NCBI GenBank assembly: GCA_023213395.1
Contig: CM041465.1
Span: forward strand, 42,167,741-42,231,740
Length of the DNA stretch: 64,000 nt
Direction of reading: 5' to 3'
Origin: Cycas panzhihuaensis
Lineage: Eukaryota; Plantae; Cycadophyta
The notes under the pieces are model-generated. The model did no database searches. It worked only from the letters and a program-made list of their open reading frames with translations, and was not told the origin of the DNA. Positions within the stretch are counted from its first letter, which is position 1; every line of letters begins with the position of its first letter. A program made the position numbers and the translations under genes. Positions 1-14,282 of this stretch are shown here, piece after piece.

Positions 1-82
1 CTCTTAATCTAATGAGTTAGTAATAAATTCGCTTATTTCCAGTCTCAAATCTAAGTTCTAACATCGATCCTTGCTTCCTCAG

Positions 83-511
83 GCTTTGATACCATGTGAG
101 AGTATATGTATATACAGAATACAGGTTGATTATTAAGCCAACTAGAGGCAGATATTGCTACACACTAGGATCATTAACAAGGGGACTCGAACACTAAATA
201 TATCATGGAAAACTCCCAAGAGAGAAAACCCACCAACATAATGTTTTAATATATTAAAAATAAAACAACACAGAGTGTTTCAAAGGTGAGATGGAACATG
301 ACAAGACCATTGAGATTACATTGTTCTTGAGTTAATGATAGGAATACCAAAGAGGTATGAATATATATATCCTGAAATGGTACTATATAAGGTCATGCCT
401 CTTCATCATGTCTTTTCACTAATGGACATGTCCTTTCATCATACTTGCACACACTAATTAACCCTAATAAAGCATTAAGTTATAGTTAACCTAAGTTAAT
501 TATTGCTAACA
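83..511 (-). mobile_element. 5' LTR (95-511) and PBS (83-94) of an LTR retrotransposon extending left out of the window
   Basis: GCTTTGATACCA at 83-94 is the reverse complement of a tRNA-iMet PBS (TGGTATCAAAGC, 1 mismatch). It abuts TGTGAG at 95; the segment closes with ...GCTAACA at 511. Confidence 0.65.
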
Positions 512-2061
512 TATGTAGACTTTATTTTGGTAGTTAACTTGGTGATAGCACCTTTCTTTTGATACGTATTTGGTTCAATTCTACATGTGGTTCAACTTTT
601 TAGAGTAATTATTTTTTCTATTGCTCCTTCTTTATCAACATGTTTTGGCAATGTTCCCTTAGGATCAATTAGTTTTAGACTTCTTCATTTTAAGTTCTAG
701 AAATTCCTTTGAGTTCCTAGATATGACTTGTATTACCTTTGTAGTTGTGCTTTGGTGCCCTTTTCATTCTTAGCATACCTCTTTATAGATCTTTATCTAT
801 TGATTACACACTCGGTAGCAGTCTTATCCTTCTTATGTTGATTAAATTACATTAGATTTTGTGATTTTCCACCATCATGATTGGTTACTCTTCAACATCT
901 CATTGTACCTATCTAATGTTAGGTGATTTGATGGTTGCCATTTGCCAACATTTCATTCTCCAGAGTTATAGACGGTGTTTTCACAGATCTCAACCTTGAT
1001 TGATCCTTTTTAGTATTAGCTTAATGGATTTAGATATTAATAGTTGATAATGATCACCTCTCTTCAAAAATGGTTTTTGATACATAGGATCTACTTCCTT
1101 TAGTTTTGAGGCATGATCATCAAAGTTGCATTCTTTTCTCAAAACAATCTCTTTTAACAACTTTTGATTACATTAAAGATGGCTACGAGTTAGTTTGATC
1201 AGTAAACTAACTACTTGATTATTGAGAGACCTTCATACTCTTTTAGCATTAGAGATTGGATTTTAGAAGTGTCATTCTAATTTCTATTTGACTTGTATTT
1301 TTTCCACCATCACTCCTTTCATAGTGACTTTGCTTCCCAAAGTACTATGATCTGTATAACTTGTAACTTGTTGGTTGTTACTTTCTACTTTTGTTCTAGA
1401 TTTAAATGGTGATGGAGATTCCAACTAGATATCATTTTAGCTTCTTCAGAGATTTTGTTCTAGATTTCTAGGTTTTCAAATTACTAAAATCAACTTATAG
1501 TGGACATCTTCAGTCTTATCAAACTTCGAAGCCCAAGGGGCATTATGTTAATACAAGAGTTAGTTTCTAATGTCAGTCCCTAGGTTTGGGTTAGTATCCT
1601 AGGGCTTAGTGCGTTTTCCCCCTTTATTTTATTACTTTTTATATCTTATGATACCCCTTTGAGTGGGTTCTTTATATTAAATATTAAATTATCTATTTTT
1701 TAAAGTTTAATTAAGAATAATTAGGGGTGGGTTGTTGGGTCTTATTCAATCCATTTCATAATAGATTAAATGAACAACCCCCCCCCCCCAAACTCCCCAC
1801 CCCCATAATCTCATTATATAAATTTATTCTTTAATTAATAGAGAGGTTAAGGGTGATTTTTTTAGACTCGTGTGTAAACTAGTTTTAAGATGACCCTTTC
1901 ATAGATATTAGGACTTAAAGATTAGAGTTTGGTTTTAAAGGCTTAGATGTTTGATACTAGTTTCTAGTTTTAGAGAGTGTCATATTCAAATATATGTGAT
2001 TAATTACTAGACAAGAATAATGAGAGAATAAATATCATAAACACTTATTGGTGCATTATCA
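512..2061 (+). mobile_element. Degenerate Ty3/gypsy 3' end (integrase C-terminus/chromodomain-like remnant), PPT and 3' LTR (1546-2061)
   Basis: Purine-rich AAGGGG just before TGTTAATAC at 1546; the segment ends GCATTATCA at 2061 (7/9 terminal inverted repeat). Upstream stop-riddled frames weakly resemble a gypsy integrase tail (GYEL.., DSN*IS). Confidence 0.45.
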
Positions 2062-2299
2062 GGTCACTTTATTTCTTTATTTATTCATAATAAATAATAG
2101 AAATTAAATCTATGGTGAATTTCACTTGACAAAAGTAATTAGATTGGACTTTTGTTTTATCTTCCATATATTGTAAGTTCAGGTTTTCACTGGTCAAATT
2201 TATTTATCTCCATTGTGCCAACTCTTTTCTTACAAAATCTTCAACCTTTAATGTGTTGCTATGTTACTTACCATGTTGAAACTATAAATATATTTTTAA

Positions 2300-5200
2300 T
2301 ATTAGAATCTTTGACCAAAATTATTGAAATTAGTTGTTGTTTTTCTTGAGGGAGGAAATACCTCCTTAAATATACATAACAGATTGTAACCAAAGCATCT
2401 ATAGATGACACATGGTAGACAAGTGTCTAATCCTCCATTGGGAGTTACATAATGAGGGTCTTATAACATTACCCCTTAAAGATCTTAGGATAAAACATTA
2501 TACTCTAACACCCTCTCTTAATGTTTTATCCTTTTTAATCATATTCTTTCTCTAAGAATATGAAATCTATCTCTACCAAGAGGTTTTGTCAAAATGTCTG
2601 CAACTTATTCTACTGTGGGTTAATATTCCAAGTTAATTTCTTTGTTTTGTACTTTCTCTCATATGAAATGATGATGCACCTCTATGTGATTTATTCATAC
2701 ATGAAGAATAGGATTTGTATTGTATCTCTCATATATCCTTTTTATTATCATAATTCAGTATTATTGGTTCTTGTTGTTGTTAGTCCAAATCCATTAGAAG
2801 TTGTCTCAACTAGATTGCTTCACTTATTATATTAATCATTGATTTGTATTTAGCTTCAGTTGAGGAGAGTGCAACTACTGGTTATCTTTTACCACTCTAA
2901 GAAATGGCAGTAGGTCTTAGAAAGAAGTAGTACTTACTTGTATACCTTTTTTTTTCTTTATCATCAGCCTAATCTAAGTCAAAAGACCCTGACGATTGGG
3001 TTGATTTTTCTTTTAGACAAATAAGTTTTAGCTTAATTATTCCTTTTAGATACCTATGTATCCTTTTGGCTACTTTCTAGTGTCTTACTTTTGGCTCTTT
3101 CATGTATCTTAAAACCAATCCCATAAAATATAAGATGTCAAGTCTGGTTGCAGTAAGATAAATTAGGATACCAATTAATTGTCTATACAAAGTCGTATTG
3201 ACTTGAGGCTCTCTTTCATCAGGGACCAAATTACAATTTATTTCTATGAGAGTTCCGCATTCATTGAAATTTTCCATCTGAAATTTGGTTAGTAAGTCTT
3301 TAACGTGCTTACTTTGGGATAGTGTAATTGAATCTTTACTTTGACCAACCTCTATTCCCAAGTAGTAGCTCACATACCCTAGATTTGTCATCTCAAATGC
3401 TTTCTCTAATTGAATATTTATACTTAAGACTATATTTTATCACTTCTTATAAGAACCATATCATCTACATATATAATAATTATTGTGATTGGCCTATTCT
3501 TTTTCCTTACATATATGTTTGAATCTGAGCTACACCAGTGAAAGCCATTTTAACAAAGATGTTTGTTCAGCTTGGCATACCACACTTGAGGAGTTTATTT
3601 TAATTTGTACAATGCCTTCTTCAGCTTGTATATTAAATGTCCTTATCTCTTTTTTATATAGCCTTCTAGCTACTTCATGTAAACTTCTTCCTCCAGTTCC
3701 CCGTTTAGAAAAAAACTCTTCATATCTTACTAGTAAATTTTCTAGTTCTATTGAGATACTAGTAACAGTGTTCAGTTTGACTATAGGAGAAAATATTTCT
3801 TCAAAGTCTACCCCTATTGTTTGAGTGTATCCTTTTATAACAAGTTTTGCTTTGTGTTTTTCTATATTGTCATTGGCATCTTCTTTAACCTTATCGATCC
3901 ATTTGTAATTAACCACCAATTTGTTAGGAGGTAAATCAATTAGTTCCCAAGTTTGGTTTTTTATAATAGAGTTCATTTCAACATCCATTGATACTCTCCA
4001 TTCAGCCCACTCTTTTACTTCTTCAAAACATTATAATTCAATATTTCTATATAAGGCTCGAGGCTTTTGACTTCTAGTCCTTTGAGTATATATGTCTCCC
4101 TTTCCTTCTTCAATGGTTTTGATGTACCATTTTGGTACTCTCTTTTCTCTCTTTAGTTCTTCTTCTGTGGTTGAGCCTTCGAGTGATTGTTCCTCGTCTT
4201 TAGGTGGTGAGTCTTCATGAGATATAGGTGTGGCTTCTGATTCTTCTAAGATTTCCTCAGAGGTTAATCCAAACGTTTCCTCCATGGGAGTTTCTTCTTA
4301 AGGTATTGCTTTTAGTGCTTCTTCAATTATTTAAACTAGAGATTTACTTTCAGTGTCATCTTCTTCATTGAATACTATGTCTCAACTTGTATAGATCTTA
4401 TTAATTTTTAGATCCATGCATTTGTAAGCCTTTGAGTTCTTATTGTATCCTATCATGATGCACTCTATGCTTTTGAAATCCAGTTTGGATCTCCTTTTAT
4501 CAGGTATGTGAACAAAAGTATGACACCTAAACACCTTTAGATTACTTACATCTGGTTTTCTCCTAGTCCATGCTTCTTTTAGAGTGATTTGTTCATGTAT
4601 GTTTGTTGGGCTTTAATTTATTAAATAACATGTTGTGCTCACTGCTTCTCCCCAATAAGTTTTTAAAACCTATTTTCCATAAACCATGTTGCATGTCATT
4701 TTCATAATGGTTCTATTTTTCTTTTCTGCAAACCCATTGGATTGGGTTATATAGGGAGTCGTAAATTGCCAATGTAGTTCATTGATTTTACAATAATTCA
4801 AGAACTCTTTGGAGATGTATTCACCCCCACAATCAAACCTAATATATTTTATTTTAAGTCCTAACTTCAGTTCTACTTTTGCTTTAAACTCTTTAAAGAT
4901 TTCAAATACTATTGACTTATTATAGAGAAAATAAATCCACATTCTCCTAGAAAAATCATTAATAAAAGTTAAGAAATGCCCTGATCCCTTAATCGAATTT
5001 GGTGTAAGAGGTCCACACAAGTTTATATGGACTAACTCCAATTTGTTTTAATCCTACCACTCAATTTCCTTGAAGGGAAAATAATATTGTTTTCCAAACT
5101 GACAACCTTTGCAGATAAAATTATCAGATGTAATGGTAAGAAGTCCACTAACTATGCCCCCTTTTTGCATTAACTTTAATTTATCTAAAGGAAGATGCAT

Positions 5201-7523
5201 ATACTTCAAATCACATAATTTACTATTAGCATCAAAATTGATAGTAGTATAGACTTTTATATCCATGTTGGATATCATAGGGTTAGAAAGTAACCTATAA
5301 AGGTTATTGTTTTCTATGCCTTTGGCAATTACATTACCATTATTTTTGATATCCAAGACATAACAATTACCTTCTTTATCAAATATGGTTCTTAATTTTT
5401 TTCTTACTAAGTTGAGATAGAGAGAGGAGATTCATTTTTAATCTAGGTATTAGAAGAATATTTCCAATCTTCTTCACACTTCCTTATAAGTCAAAAATTA
5501 TGGTACCAACCCCTTTAATGTTTAAGGGATATTTGTCTCCTAACTCGACTAAGTTATCTGCGGTAGAGGGTTTGAGTAATTCAAGTCAATCTTCTTTATT
5601 TGGCATATGTCTTGAGGCTCTAAATTGATGTACCATACATCTTTATCTTGAAGACCGGTGGTAAGGCCTACAATAAATGTTGTTTCTTCTTCTTTATCTG
5701 TTTACTCCTTACTATAATTCCCTATTAGTTATTTCCCTTTCTAGATATCAACTCTCCTTTGTATGCATTGGTAGGGGTAATGTCTTGGTTGACCATAATG
5801 ATAACAAACATCAACTGCCTTCCATGAGCTTGAAAAATGACTAGGCTTACCATAATTATAGCACACCCTTGCATCTCTTAGTGGATTTGTGTGACTGTGA
5901 CCTCTACTTTTCTGCCACCTTCCTCGTGATAGATTCTTGATTTCTAGAGTTTATCCTCTTCATCTGAATTAGCCTCATCCTTTAGACCCTATGTTCAATT
6001 TTTTCAAGAAGACATCTTCTATTTCAATCATGTCTTCATAGTGTCTGTTTCTTTACTCCTATCTCAACAGTAATCCAATTAGTTTATCTAGAGTTATTGT
6101 ATCAATTTGGTCATTATTAGTTATTGTATTAACAATCACATTAAAGGTCTTTAGTAGTTTATTAGATATCATCTCTACCACTTCTTGCTCCATAATGGTT
6201 GCCCCTACACTCAAGAGATCATTTCTTATTGAGATGACTTTATGTATGAAATATGATACTACGTCTATTTCTTTTATATACAACTTAAATAGTTCCTCCT
6301 TAAGAGCTATAATTCTAGCCTTATTTTTCTGACTATATAATTTCTTGAAATTTTTCCATATTGTAGAGGAAGAATTCACTTTTTCCATATAAAAGAGTAG
6401 TGGATTAGAAATTAAGCACTTTAGGATTATTATCCATATATTATCTCTTTTTTGCCAATTAACAAAATCAAGACCTGCAACAGCAGACTTTAATTTAGTG
6501 CCATTAACTATATTCTAGGTATTTTTTGCCCTCAATAGGGTTTCCACCTTGATTTTCCAAATATGATAGTTAGTGTCTGGCAACTTATCCTAATCAGAAA
6601 GAGCTAAGATTAATGAGCCTATTTTATGAAGAAAAAATAGAGTCTAAGAAGGTCTAACCATATAAATGTATGGATTTCTGTATAAAACCCTAACTATATA
6701 GATTAGTATAAAGTGTACCTTAATTGAAAGATCTTTTTATTGAGATTATAAATCTACAACTATTTTTTTCAAATAGTCTTCTGTTTGGAAGAAAATGAGC
6801 CTAGAAACCAAAAATTAACGGCTAGGGTTTTGGACAAAAAAGCTTCAAACTCAAAAAAATCTTAATCAAATTTGATGAACTCTATCTTCATGCCTTTGTA
6901 TCATTGAGACATAGAGATTATGAGTAGATTTACCTAGATTTCATGGGACTTATGTAGAAATTTGATGTGGATATGCCAAATCTTCGCAGACTAGTAAAGG
7001 GGCAAAAATTGCCTCATGATGATCTCTGATGACTTCGAGCTAATTGAACAAAATGATCTATGTATGAAAATCTACTTATTGGTTAATTTTTATGTGATTT
7101 TTAATACTTAAAATATTTATTGCTTGTATAGGTTTATACAGGTCCATACAATTCAAAATCTATTATCTCTTTTCTTTTCCTAAAGAATTCAACTTCTTCT
7201 TTCTCCTCTAAGTGCTTTAGCATCTAAATCTTGCTTTAGTATCATTCACAATGATTGAACTTCCTCTTGTTCTTTCCCTTTTAAGAGGTCAGACTAACCT
7301 ACTCTAATATCATATTAGAATCTCTAATCAAAATTATTGAAATGAGTTGTTATTTTTATTGATGGAGAAAAAGCCTCCTTAAATATATATAATAGATTGT
7401 AATCGAAGCATCAATAAATGGCACATGGTAGAGAAGTGTCTAATCCTCCATTAGGAGTTAAATATTGAGGATCTTATAACATTACCCTTTAAAGATCCTA
7501 GGATAAAATATTACACTCTAACA
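2300..7523 (-). mobile_element. Full-length degenerate Ty1/copia retrotransposon
   Basis: 211-bp LTRs at 2300-2510 and 7313-7523 (~26 differences counted), TSD TTTAA (2295-2299, 7524-7528), decayed PBS 7301-7312, PPT 2511-2520. ORF fragments in copia order: gag/UBN2 6059-6388, GAG-pre-integrase 5054-5356, integrase 4670-5041 (ELVHINLCGP), RT 3077-3988 (YRQLIG), RNase H ~2540-2980. Confidence 0.95.
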
Positions 7524-8125
7524 TTTAACTTGCCCCTTTACTCAAGGAATAGCAGCTCAAGCTTTGGTTATTTTGGCATCAATCCAATTCCATATTTCTA
7601 ATAATCATGAACTCTTATTAATGACAAAATTTATGTATATTCCTATAATAGACTTACAACATAATTATGTTTTTCTATAGTTTATCATGTTGATTACATT
7701 TGAGATCACCTCATTCATGCATCTCCAAATAGAAACTATCAATATCTTCATCCTTCACAAGGCACTCAATAATCAAATTCAAGATGTTTTAGCTTTAGTC
7801 TATCTCGAGTCAAAATCCACATTTACCACCCTTTCTTAATCAATTAAGTTTAATTGGTGTTTAATATTTGTTTAGTTACATGACTTAGCATTTAGAGGTT
7901 ATTTTTTTAGGGGGGAATAAGAATTCAATATGAATTAGTCAAATCATATAAAGGTTATGTGACTGAGATCCAACTCTTATTAAATCACATAATATTACCT
8001 TTTACAACCTATAAACAAATATATTATATCATCATTTGTAATTGCATATATATAATTATGATAAGGCAAGTATACATTAATATGGTTTATTTTTTATCAT
8101 GAATATCATACATCAAATGAGTATT

Positions 8126-11100
8126 GGATTAAAAAGAGAATACTAGAAAAGTCATATTAGGACTTAAACCTATAATCAATACATCAAAGGGTGATGTTTC
8201 ATCGCTCTACTAGGGTTTCTATACTAACAATGACATTTATGATACAGAAGGTCTGGATCTATTTTGGTAGAGATAGAGGTCTCTCAGATGGCCGTGAGGG
8301 TGAAGTTAGGCCCTAGGCAGTGATGTAGAGCAGTTTCTTCCCTTATGCACAAAGGATTGAGGAGGTCTAGGAGTTGTGGACTATGGTTGGTTGGCGAATC
8401 AAGGAGGCTCATGAAGGTGGCGACTTGGTTCCATTAAAGAGGAGGTCATAGTAATGGCATAAGATCATATCACCATACTTTCAGTATTGGAGTGGCTAGT
8501 TGAAGAAAGATAGAGATTCCTTTAGAGAAAATCATAGACACAATTAGCACAAAATGCAGAGATAAGGAAGGAAGATACATAAGATGGCTTTTCTTAGAAG
8601 GGCAACTCAAACAGTAGTCAATCTATCGATCAAAAGGAAATCATGCAGCCTCAAGGGTTTGGGTTAGTACAACCTCGTGTTTTTTGAGATTTGGCTTGTA
8701 TAGTTTTATTTTGGTTTTTTATAATGGAGGAATAAAAAATTAATATTTTAAACTAAATTTAAACTTTCCCTCTGAAAAGATCCTATCGAGATGAGCTAAA
8801 AAAAGGGAGAGATAAAACCATATGAAATTAACCCCATATTTTAGAATGACTTAATCAAAATACCTATTCTAAAGAAACTCACTAAGAGGATAGGGAAATA
8901 CTGGGAAAATAGCTTGGTAGGGAGGTTTTTAGGTCCTAGACCAAGCCTAGATATCATTAGGAAGTGGCTTATAATCAATTGGAAGATTAAAAATCTAGTT
9001 GAGGTGATGGAACTTCCTAAAGGGTGTGTTTTATTCAAATTTATGAACGAGGAAGACATGGTGAGCACTCTTTTAAAATCACCCTAGATGTTGGGAAGGA
9101 AAGTAGCATTCATGGAAAAGTAGTACCTAAATTTTAATATGTCAATACCTACATTGAAATAGGCTATGATTTGGGTTCATATGTTAGGGCTCCCACTACA
9201 AGTGTGGGATCTTGAGGTGATAAAAATGGTAGTGAAAGACATAGGACCATTATTGGCTATTAACTTTACTACCAAAAATAGGAGCAGGTTGATTAATTCT
9301 AGATTTTGTGTGATGGCTAGATTATACAAAATACTCTTAGATCTGGTAAGGATTGAAACTAAGGATTGGAGTAAAGACCAGAACCTGGTCTATGAATTGG
9401 ACAACGTAAGATGCTCCATTTGTAAATGTTTCGAGTACATTCCCCTCACTTGTCAAAGAGAGATGAAGAAGGCCAAGATAGGAGTGAAGGAGGGTGATAG
9501 AAGCTCAAACTTAGAAAGTATTCATGGCATCCTTGAAGAGACAAAAGGGGTAGGGAAGTAAGAAAAGATACAGGAGATTACACTTGTTGTTTCTCACGAG
9601 ATCAAGGGAAGGATGGGGGAGGATAAGATTATCAACCCGGAAGAAGAGGACACCCTTTTTTAGGAAGGGGAGGAGCTCCACCAGGCCAAGAGGTTAGAAG
9701 AAGGACCTCGAGGGGTTGAGGAGGTTGGGATTGATAAGTAGGTCACATGTGAGATTCAAGAAAGGCATTAGTCAGAGGGGGTCCAGTTTAATGTGGGTAG
9801 ACAAGAAGAGTCATTGAATGTAGACCATATGTGGAAAATCAAGGATAAGGAACCATAGGAAGAGTGGAGGGCGACGGGTCAACATAGAGGCCCAAATCTA
9901 GGTAGTGATAAAAGGTTTGGAAGACCCACCTGATAAATGGTCTGAGAAAGGGAGGTCATATCTCAAATTGATCAAGGTTATCAACAAACCCTAAGGGAGA
10001 GGGGAGGTGATGGACCGACTTTAAGAAGCAAAAGATGAAGCTCTAGGGATGGTGGGGGAGCTAGTGGGTTCAGGGGTAATTATGAGGATTATCTCTTGGA
10101 ACATTAGGGGCTTAAACGCCCCCTCTAAGTAGAGGGCTATAAAAGAGTTACGTATCAGGATGGAATTGTATATTCTCATGATGTAGAAAATAAAATTGGA
10201 AAGAGAGAAGAGGTTAGAGGTTAAAATCAAGATGTGGAGGAAAGTAGAGATGATAGTGGGGATGGTTTTCAAGGCTTAAGGGGAATGGTAGTTCTTTGGA
10301 ACTCAAAGGTATGGCATGGAGAGGCTTATGCCCAGGATGATAATTTTTTATTAATTTGGCTAACATGTGGTAGGGTAAATATTTGTTGGTTAGCTACTAA
10401 TATATATGCCCCCGCATTGGCAAATGAAAGGAAGAACCTTTAGGACATAATTCTAGAGGTTCATAAAGAGTTGAAGGGTCCTTAGCTAGTGATAGGCGAC
10501 CTCAATACGATGTTGTCTCCTAGGGAGAAAAAAGTGGGACTAGAGGGATGAACAAAAAGTATGTTTGATCTAGGAGACTTCCTCCAAAAGGGGGGTTTGA
10601 TGGACATTCATCTAAAAGGGACTAAGTTTACCTAGTCAAATAGAAGACTAGGGAATCACCATATCTAGATAAAGTTGGATAAGGTTATGATTAACTATGA
10701 ATGGGCTTGTTTCCATAATGATATTAAACTAGATGCTCTTCCCAAGGTGACATTCGATCATTCTCCCCTATTGCTTGAAGTTAATACCATAAAGAAACAC
10801 CTTAGTGCTCCCTTTCACTTTGAACTTATGTAGACAAAGCATCTAAGACTTAAGAAGCAGATTAAGGAACGGTGGAGGAAGTTGATAGAAGGGCATACTA
10901 TGTTTAGGTTCTCGAAGCAACTTAATTGGGTGGAGAGACAAATTAAAGTTTGGATTAAAGAGATTTATGGTAACATCTTTAAAGTAAAGGGACAGATAAT
11001 TGGGGAGTTAAAAGAGATCGAGGGGAGGATTCAAGAGGAAGGTAGATCCCAATTATTGTATCAATCAGAGAGATATCTACACAGAAGCCCAAAGGATATT

Positions 11101-13743
11101 CTGATAAAGGAGGAGATATATTGAAGACAAAATTCTAAGGCCCTCTGGTTGGCTAAGGTGGATAGGAACACTAATCTCTACCACATGACTAACCTAAAAC
11201 ATAGGGTCAACACATAACTATCTCTAAGAATTTGGTTTCAAAGATGTTTGGAGGAAGTGGGTAGCATGTTGTATCTCCAAGCCCTAATATTTGGTCCTGG
11301 TTAATGGTACCTTGATAACTTTCTTTCCTGCCTTTAGAGGGTTAAGGTAAGGGTACCCCTTATCTTCCTATTTGTTTATTATTATGGCTGAAATCTTGGG
11401 AAGGGCTTTGGAGGAAGCTAGGAGGAAAGGTTTGTTAACAAGTATAAAGCCCACTTCAGGTGTAGATAATATTGTTCATCACCAATATATAGATGATAAC
11501 ATTATATTAGGGAAGGCCAATGTGGGTGAAGTGTAAACTATTAAAGATGGCCTCCAGAGATTTGAGAGAGCTACAAACAAGAAGATAAATCTGGAGAAGA
11601 GCAGTGTCTTCTTTGTAAATACTAAGGAGAGGGTGTAAAGAAAGATCAGTAGAATGTTGGAAATGTCCATCAGAGCCTTGCCTTCAACCTACCTAGGGAT
11701 GCCCTTGTTTGTAGGGAAGATAACAAGGGTGCTATAAAATCCTATTAATGACCGTATGCAAAAGAAGCTGGTAGGTTGGAAAGGCTTCTTGTTAAGTCAA
11801 GCTGGCAAAAACCAGTTGCTTTCTGTATCTCTTTAGAGTATTTTAGTCTACATGATACTAATATTTAGGATTCCTTCTAAAGTTATAATGACTTTGGAGG
11901 GTATTTAGAAAAGATTTCTCTAGTCAGGGTTTAAGAGAAAGACATGATCCACCTGGTGGCTTGGGAGAAAGTTTGTCTCCCTAGATGGGTTGGTGGGCTT
12001 AATATTCATAGATTGGCCTCTTTTAATAGGGCCTTGGTGGCTAAACTAGGATGGCAATTGGCAAAGGAAGAAGGGGGCCAATAGGAGAAAATTCTCTTCC
12101 ATAAATATCTTAGGGGAAAGCATTTCTTAAAGGAGGATATCGAGGTGGCCTCTAAATCACCGATATGGAGAAGCTTATTGCAATCGAGACCAATACTAAC
12201 TTCTAGATTAAGCTGGAAGATGGGGCATGGTGAAATAATAAATTTTTGGGAAGATACGTAGTGCAGTAACACTAAGCTAAAAAGTAGGTTTCAAGTTGGT
12301 CATCTACAGGGTGTCTATGAGAAAGCTTATGGTAAAAAGGTTAAGAATTATTGGGAGGGACAGGGTCATGCTAAATCTTGGAGATCTTTTGAGGACCTTC
12401 TAGGGGACCAAGACATAAGGGAGGGTATTACTACACTTAAAAAAGAAATAGATCAATGTTATATCCCCAAAACACCCAAGGTTGATTTAGTTGTTTGGGT
12501 TGCATCTCCTTCAGGGGAGTACTCAGTGAAGTTGGGGTACCAGGCTATCTGTAAGGAATGGGGGGTCTTTAAGAATCCAATACTGGAAGGAGTATGGAAG
12601 ATATGTTTAATCCCCAAAGTTATAGTATTTTGGTGGTTGTGTTTGAAAAATAAGATATTGACGATATATAACCTTCAAAAAGTGGGCTTTGCTATGCCAA
12701 ATATGTGTGTGTTATGTAAAAAGGAGGAGTTATTAGACCATATTAGCCTCCATTATTCCTACTCTAGAAAAGTCTAGATATGCATATGGAACTAATTTGG
12801 GATGATGTGGGTGGCCCTTAGGACACTTAAAGATCAAGTGATGATGTGGAAGTGTCTTTTTAGAAGTAGGACTTTGGATCATATTTGGAAAAGCACGTTG
12901 CCAATGCTACTGTGGAATCTCTAGACAGAACGTAACAAGAGGAATTTTCAGGAGAAGGAATTGGATGAAATTAGAATCCATGGAATTATTGGCACAACAA
13001 TTGTGGAGTCAATGAAAATAACAGGAGAGAAGTACATCATGAAACCTGAGGGACGTATCATAGAAAGATGTGGGATAGACAGACCAAAGATCATAGCAAA
13101 TACAAGAAGAATATACATATGGTGTCCCGCATTGGAAAATTGAATTAAAATTAATTTTGATGGAGCCTCAAAAGGTAACCTTGGAGAGGCTAGAGGGGGT
13201 GGATTATGTAGAAATTTAGAAGGACGAGTTATGTGGGCTTATGTGAAGTACTATAGGCAGCAGTCCAACCATAGGGCAGAGCTTAAGGCTATGCAAAGGG
13301 CGATAGAAATGGCCACTAAGGAAGGCTGTGAAAAGGTGATAATAAAAGGAGACTCTTTAAATGTGATAAAGATGCTGAGAGGGGAAATAGGAGCTAATTA
13401 GAATATGGAAGTGACGTTAAGAGATGTTCAAGAAACCTTAAAGGCCAGAGAGAGCTCTCAGGTTAGCCACATGTAAAGAGAGGGGAATGGGACAGCTAAT
13501 AAGCTGGCCAATTGGGGGGTCCTTAATAAGAGATCTAGGGTATGGAGGGAGGACATCCCAGATGAGATTCGAGTCTAGTCAAGAAAGATATGGAAGACTT
13601 CCTCCATGTTGGAGAAAATAGCTAGCAATTGGGCTTGTCATGGCATATTTGTTAGCCAAATTGTAACTTTTGTAATAGGGTTGGGGCCCCTGTAAAACCC
13701 CTTCACTTTTTTATGATATCAAAAATAAATAAATAAATAAAAA
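8126..13743 (+). mobile_element. Degenerate L1-clade LINE with ORF1 (DUF4283 + zinc knuckle) and ORF2 (APE, partial RT, zf-RVT, RNase H)
   Basis: ORF1 motifs LVGRFLG, IWVHMLGLPLQVW, CSIC (8910-9450). ORF2 starts MRIISWNIRGLN at 10082, with SDHSP (~10754), YLGMP (~11689), zf-RVT 12526-12777 and RNase H INFDGASKGNLG (~13150). A-rich tail 13721-13743. 5' boundary approximate. Confidence 0.92.
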
Positions 13744-14021
13744 TACTATACATCAAATGAATATTTCATAATGACCATTACCTTTTATTTGCCCATTTTG
13801 CGAACATGTATAATGCTAATTCTAGTGTTTATGTGATCTTTTCTTAATATTAATATATTTGAGTTGTATGTTATACTTTGTTCTAGTTTATACCCTCTAA
13901 AGATCAATGATTTGTCACTAAAATTATATCATCTATATATATTTGAGCTTAATCATGATTATCGATAAAAATATTTCCTTTTCTTTAATTATTCAGTCTT
14001 AGCAATTACCTACTAAATGAG

Positions 14022-14107
14022 TAAATCACCCTTTACTACTACTTGTATTAATCACCCTTATTACCACTCATATTAGTCGCCCTTGCTCCAACTCATATTA
14101 ATTGCCC
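14022..14107. repeat. Short degenerate tandem repeat (~26 bp, ~3.5 copies)
   Basis: Recurring AATCACCCTT...ACTCATATTA-like units. Confidence 0.5.
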
Positions 14108-14233
14108 AGATAAGAACTTCTCTTTAACCTTGTTTAGCACTTCATTAGATGACATCAAATTCATTGTTTACGTACCAAGTTCTTTTTTTATATAGAGTCA
14201 ACAAAGTCTAAAGATCTTGTAGCTATAGTAATT

Positions 14234-14282
14234 TGTGTGTGTGTGTGTGTGTGTATGTGTGTTTATATATATATATATATAT
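14234..14282. repeat. Compound (TG)n(TA)n microsatellite
   Basis: Directly visible. Confidence 0.95.
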
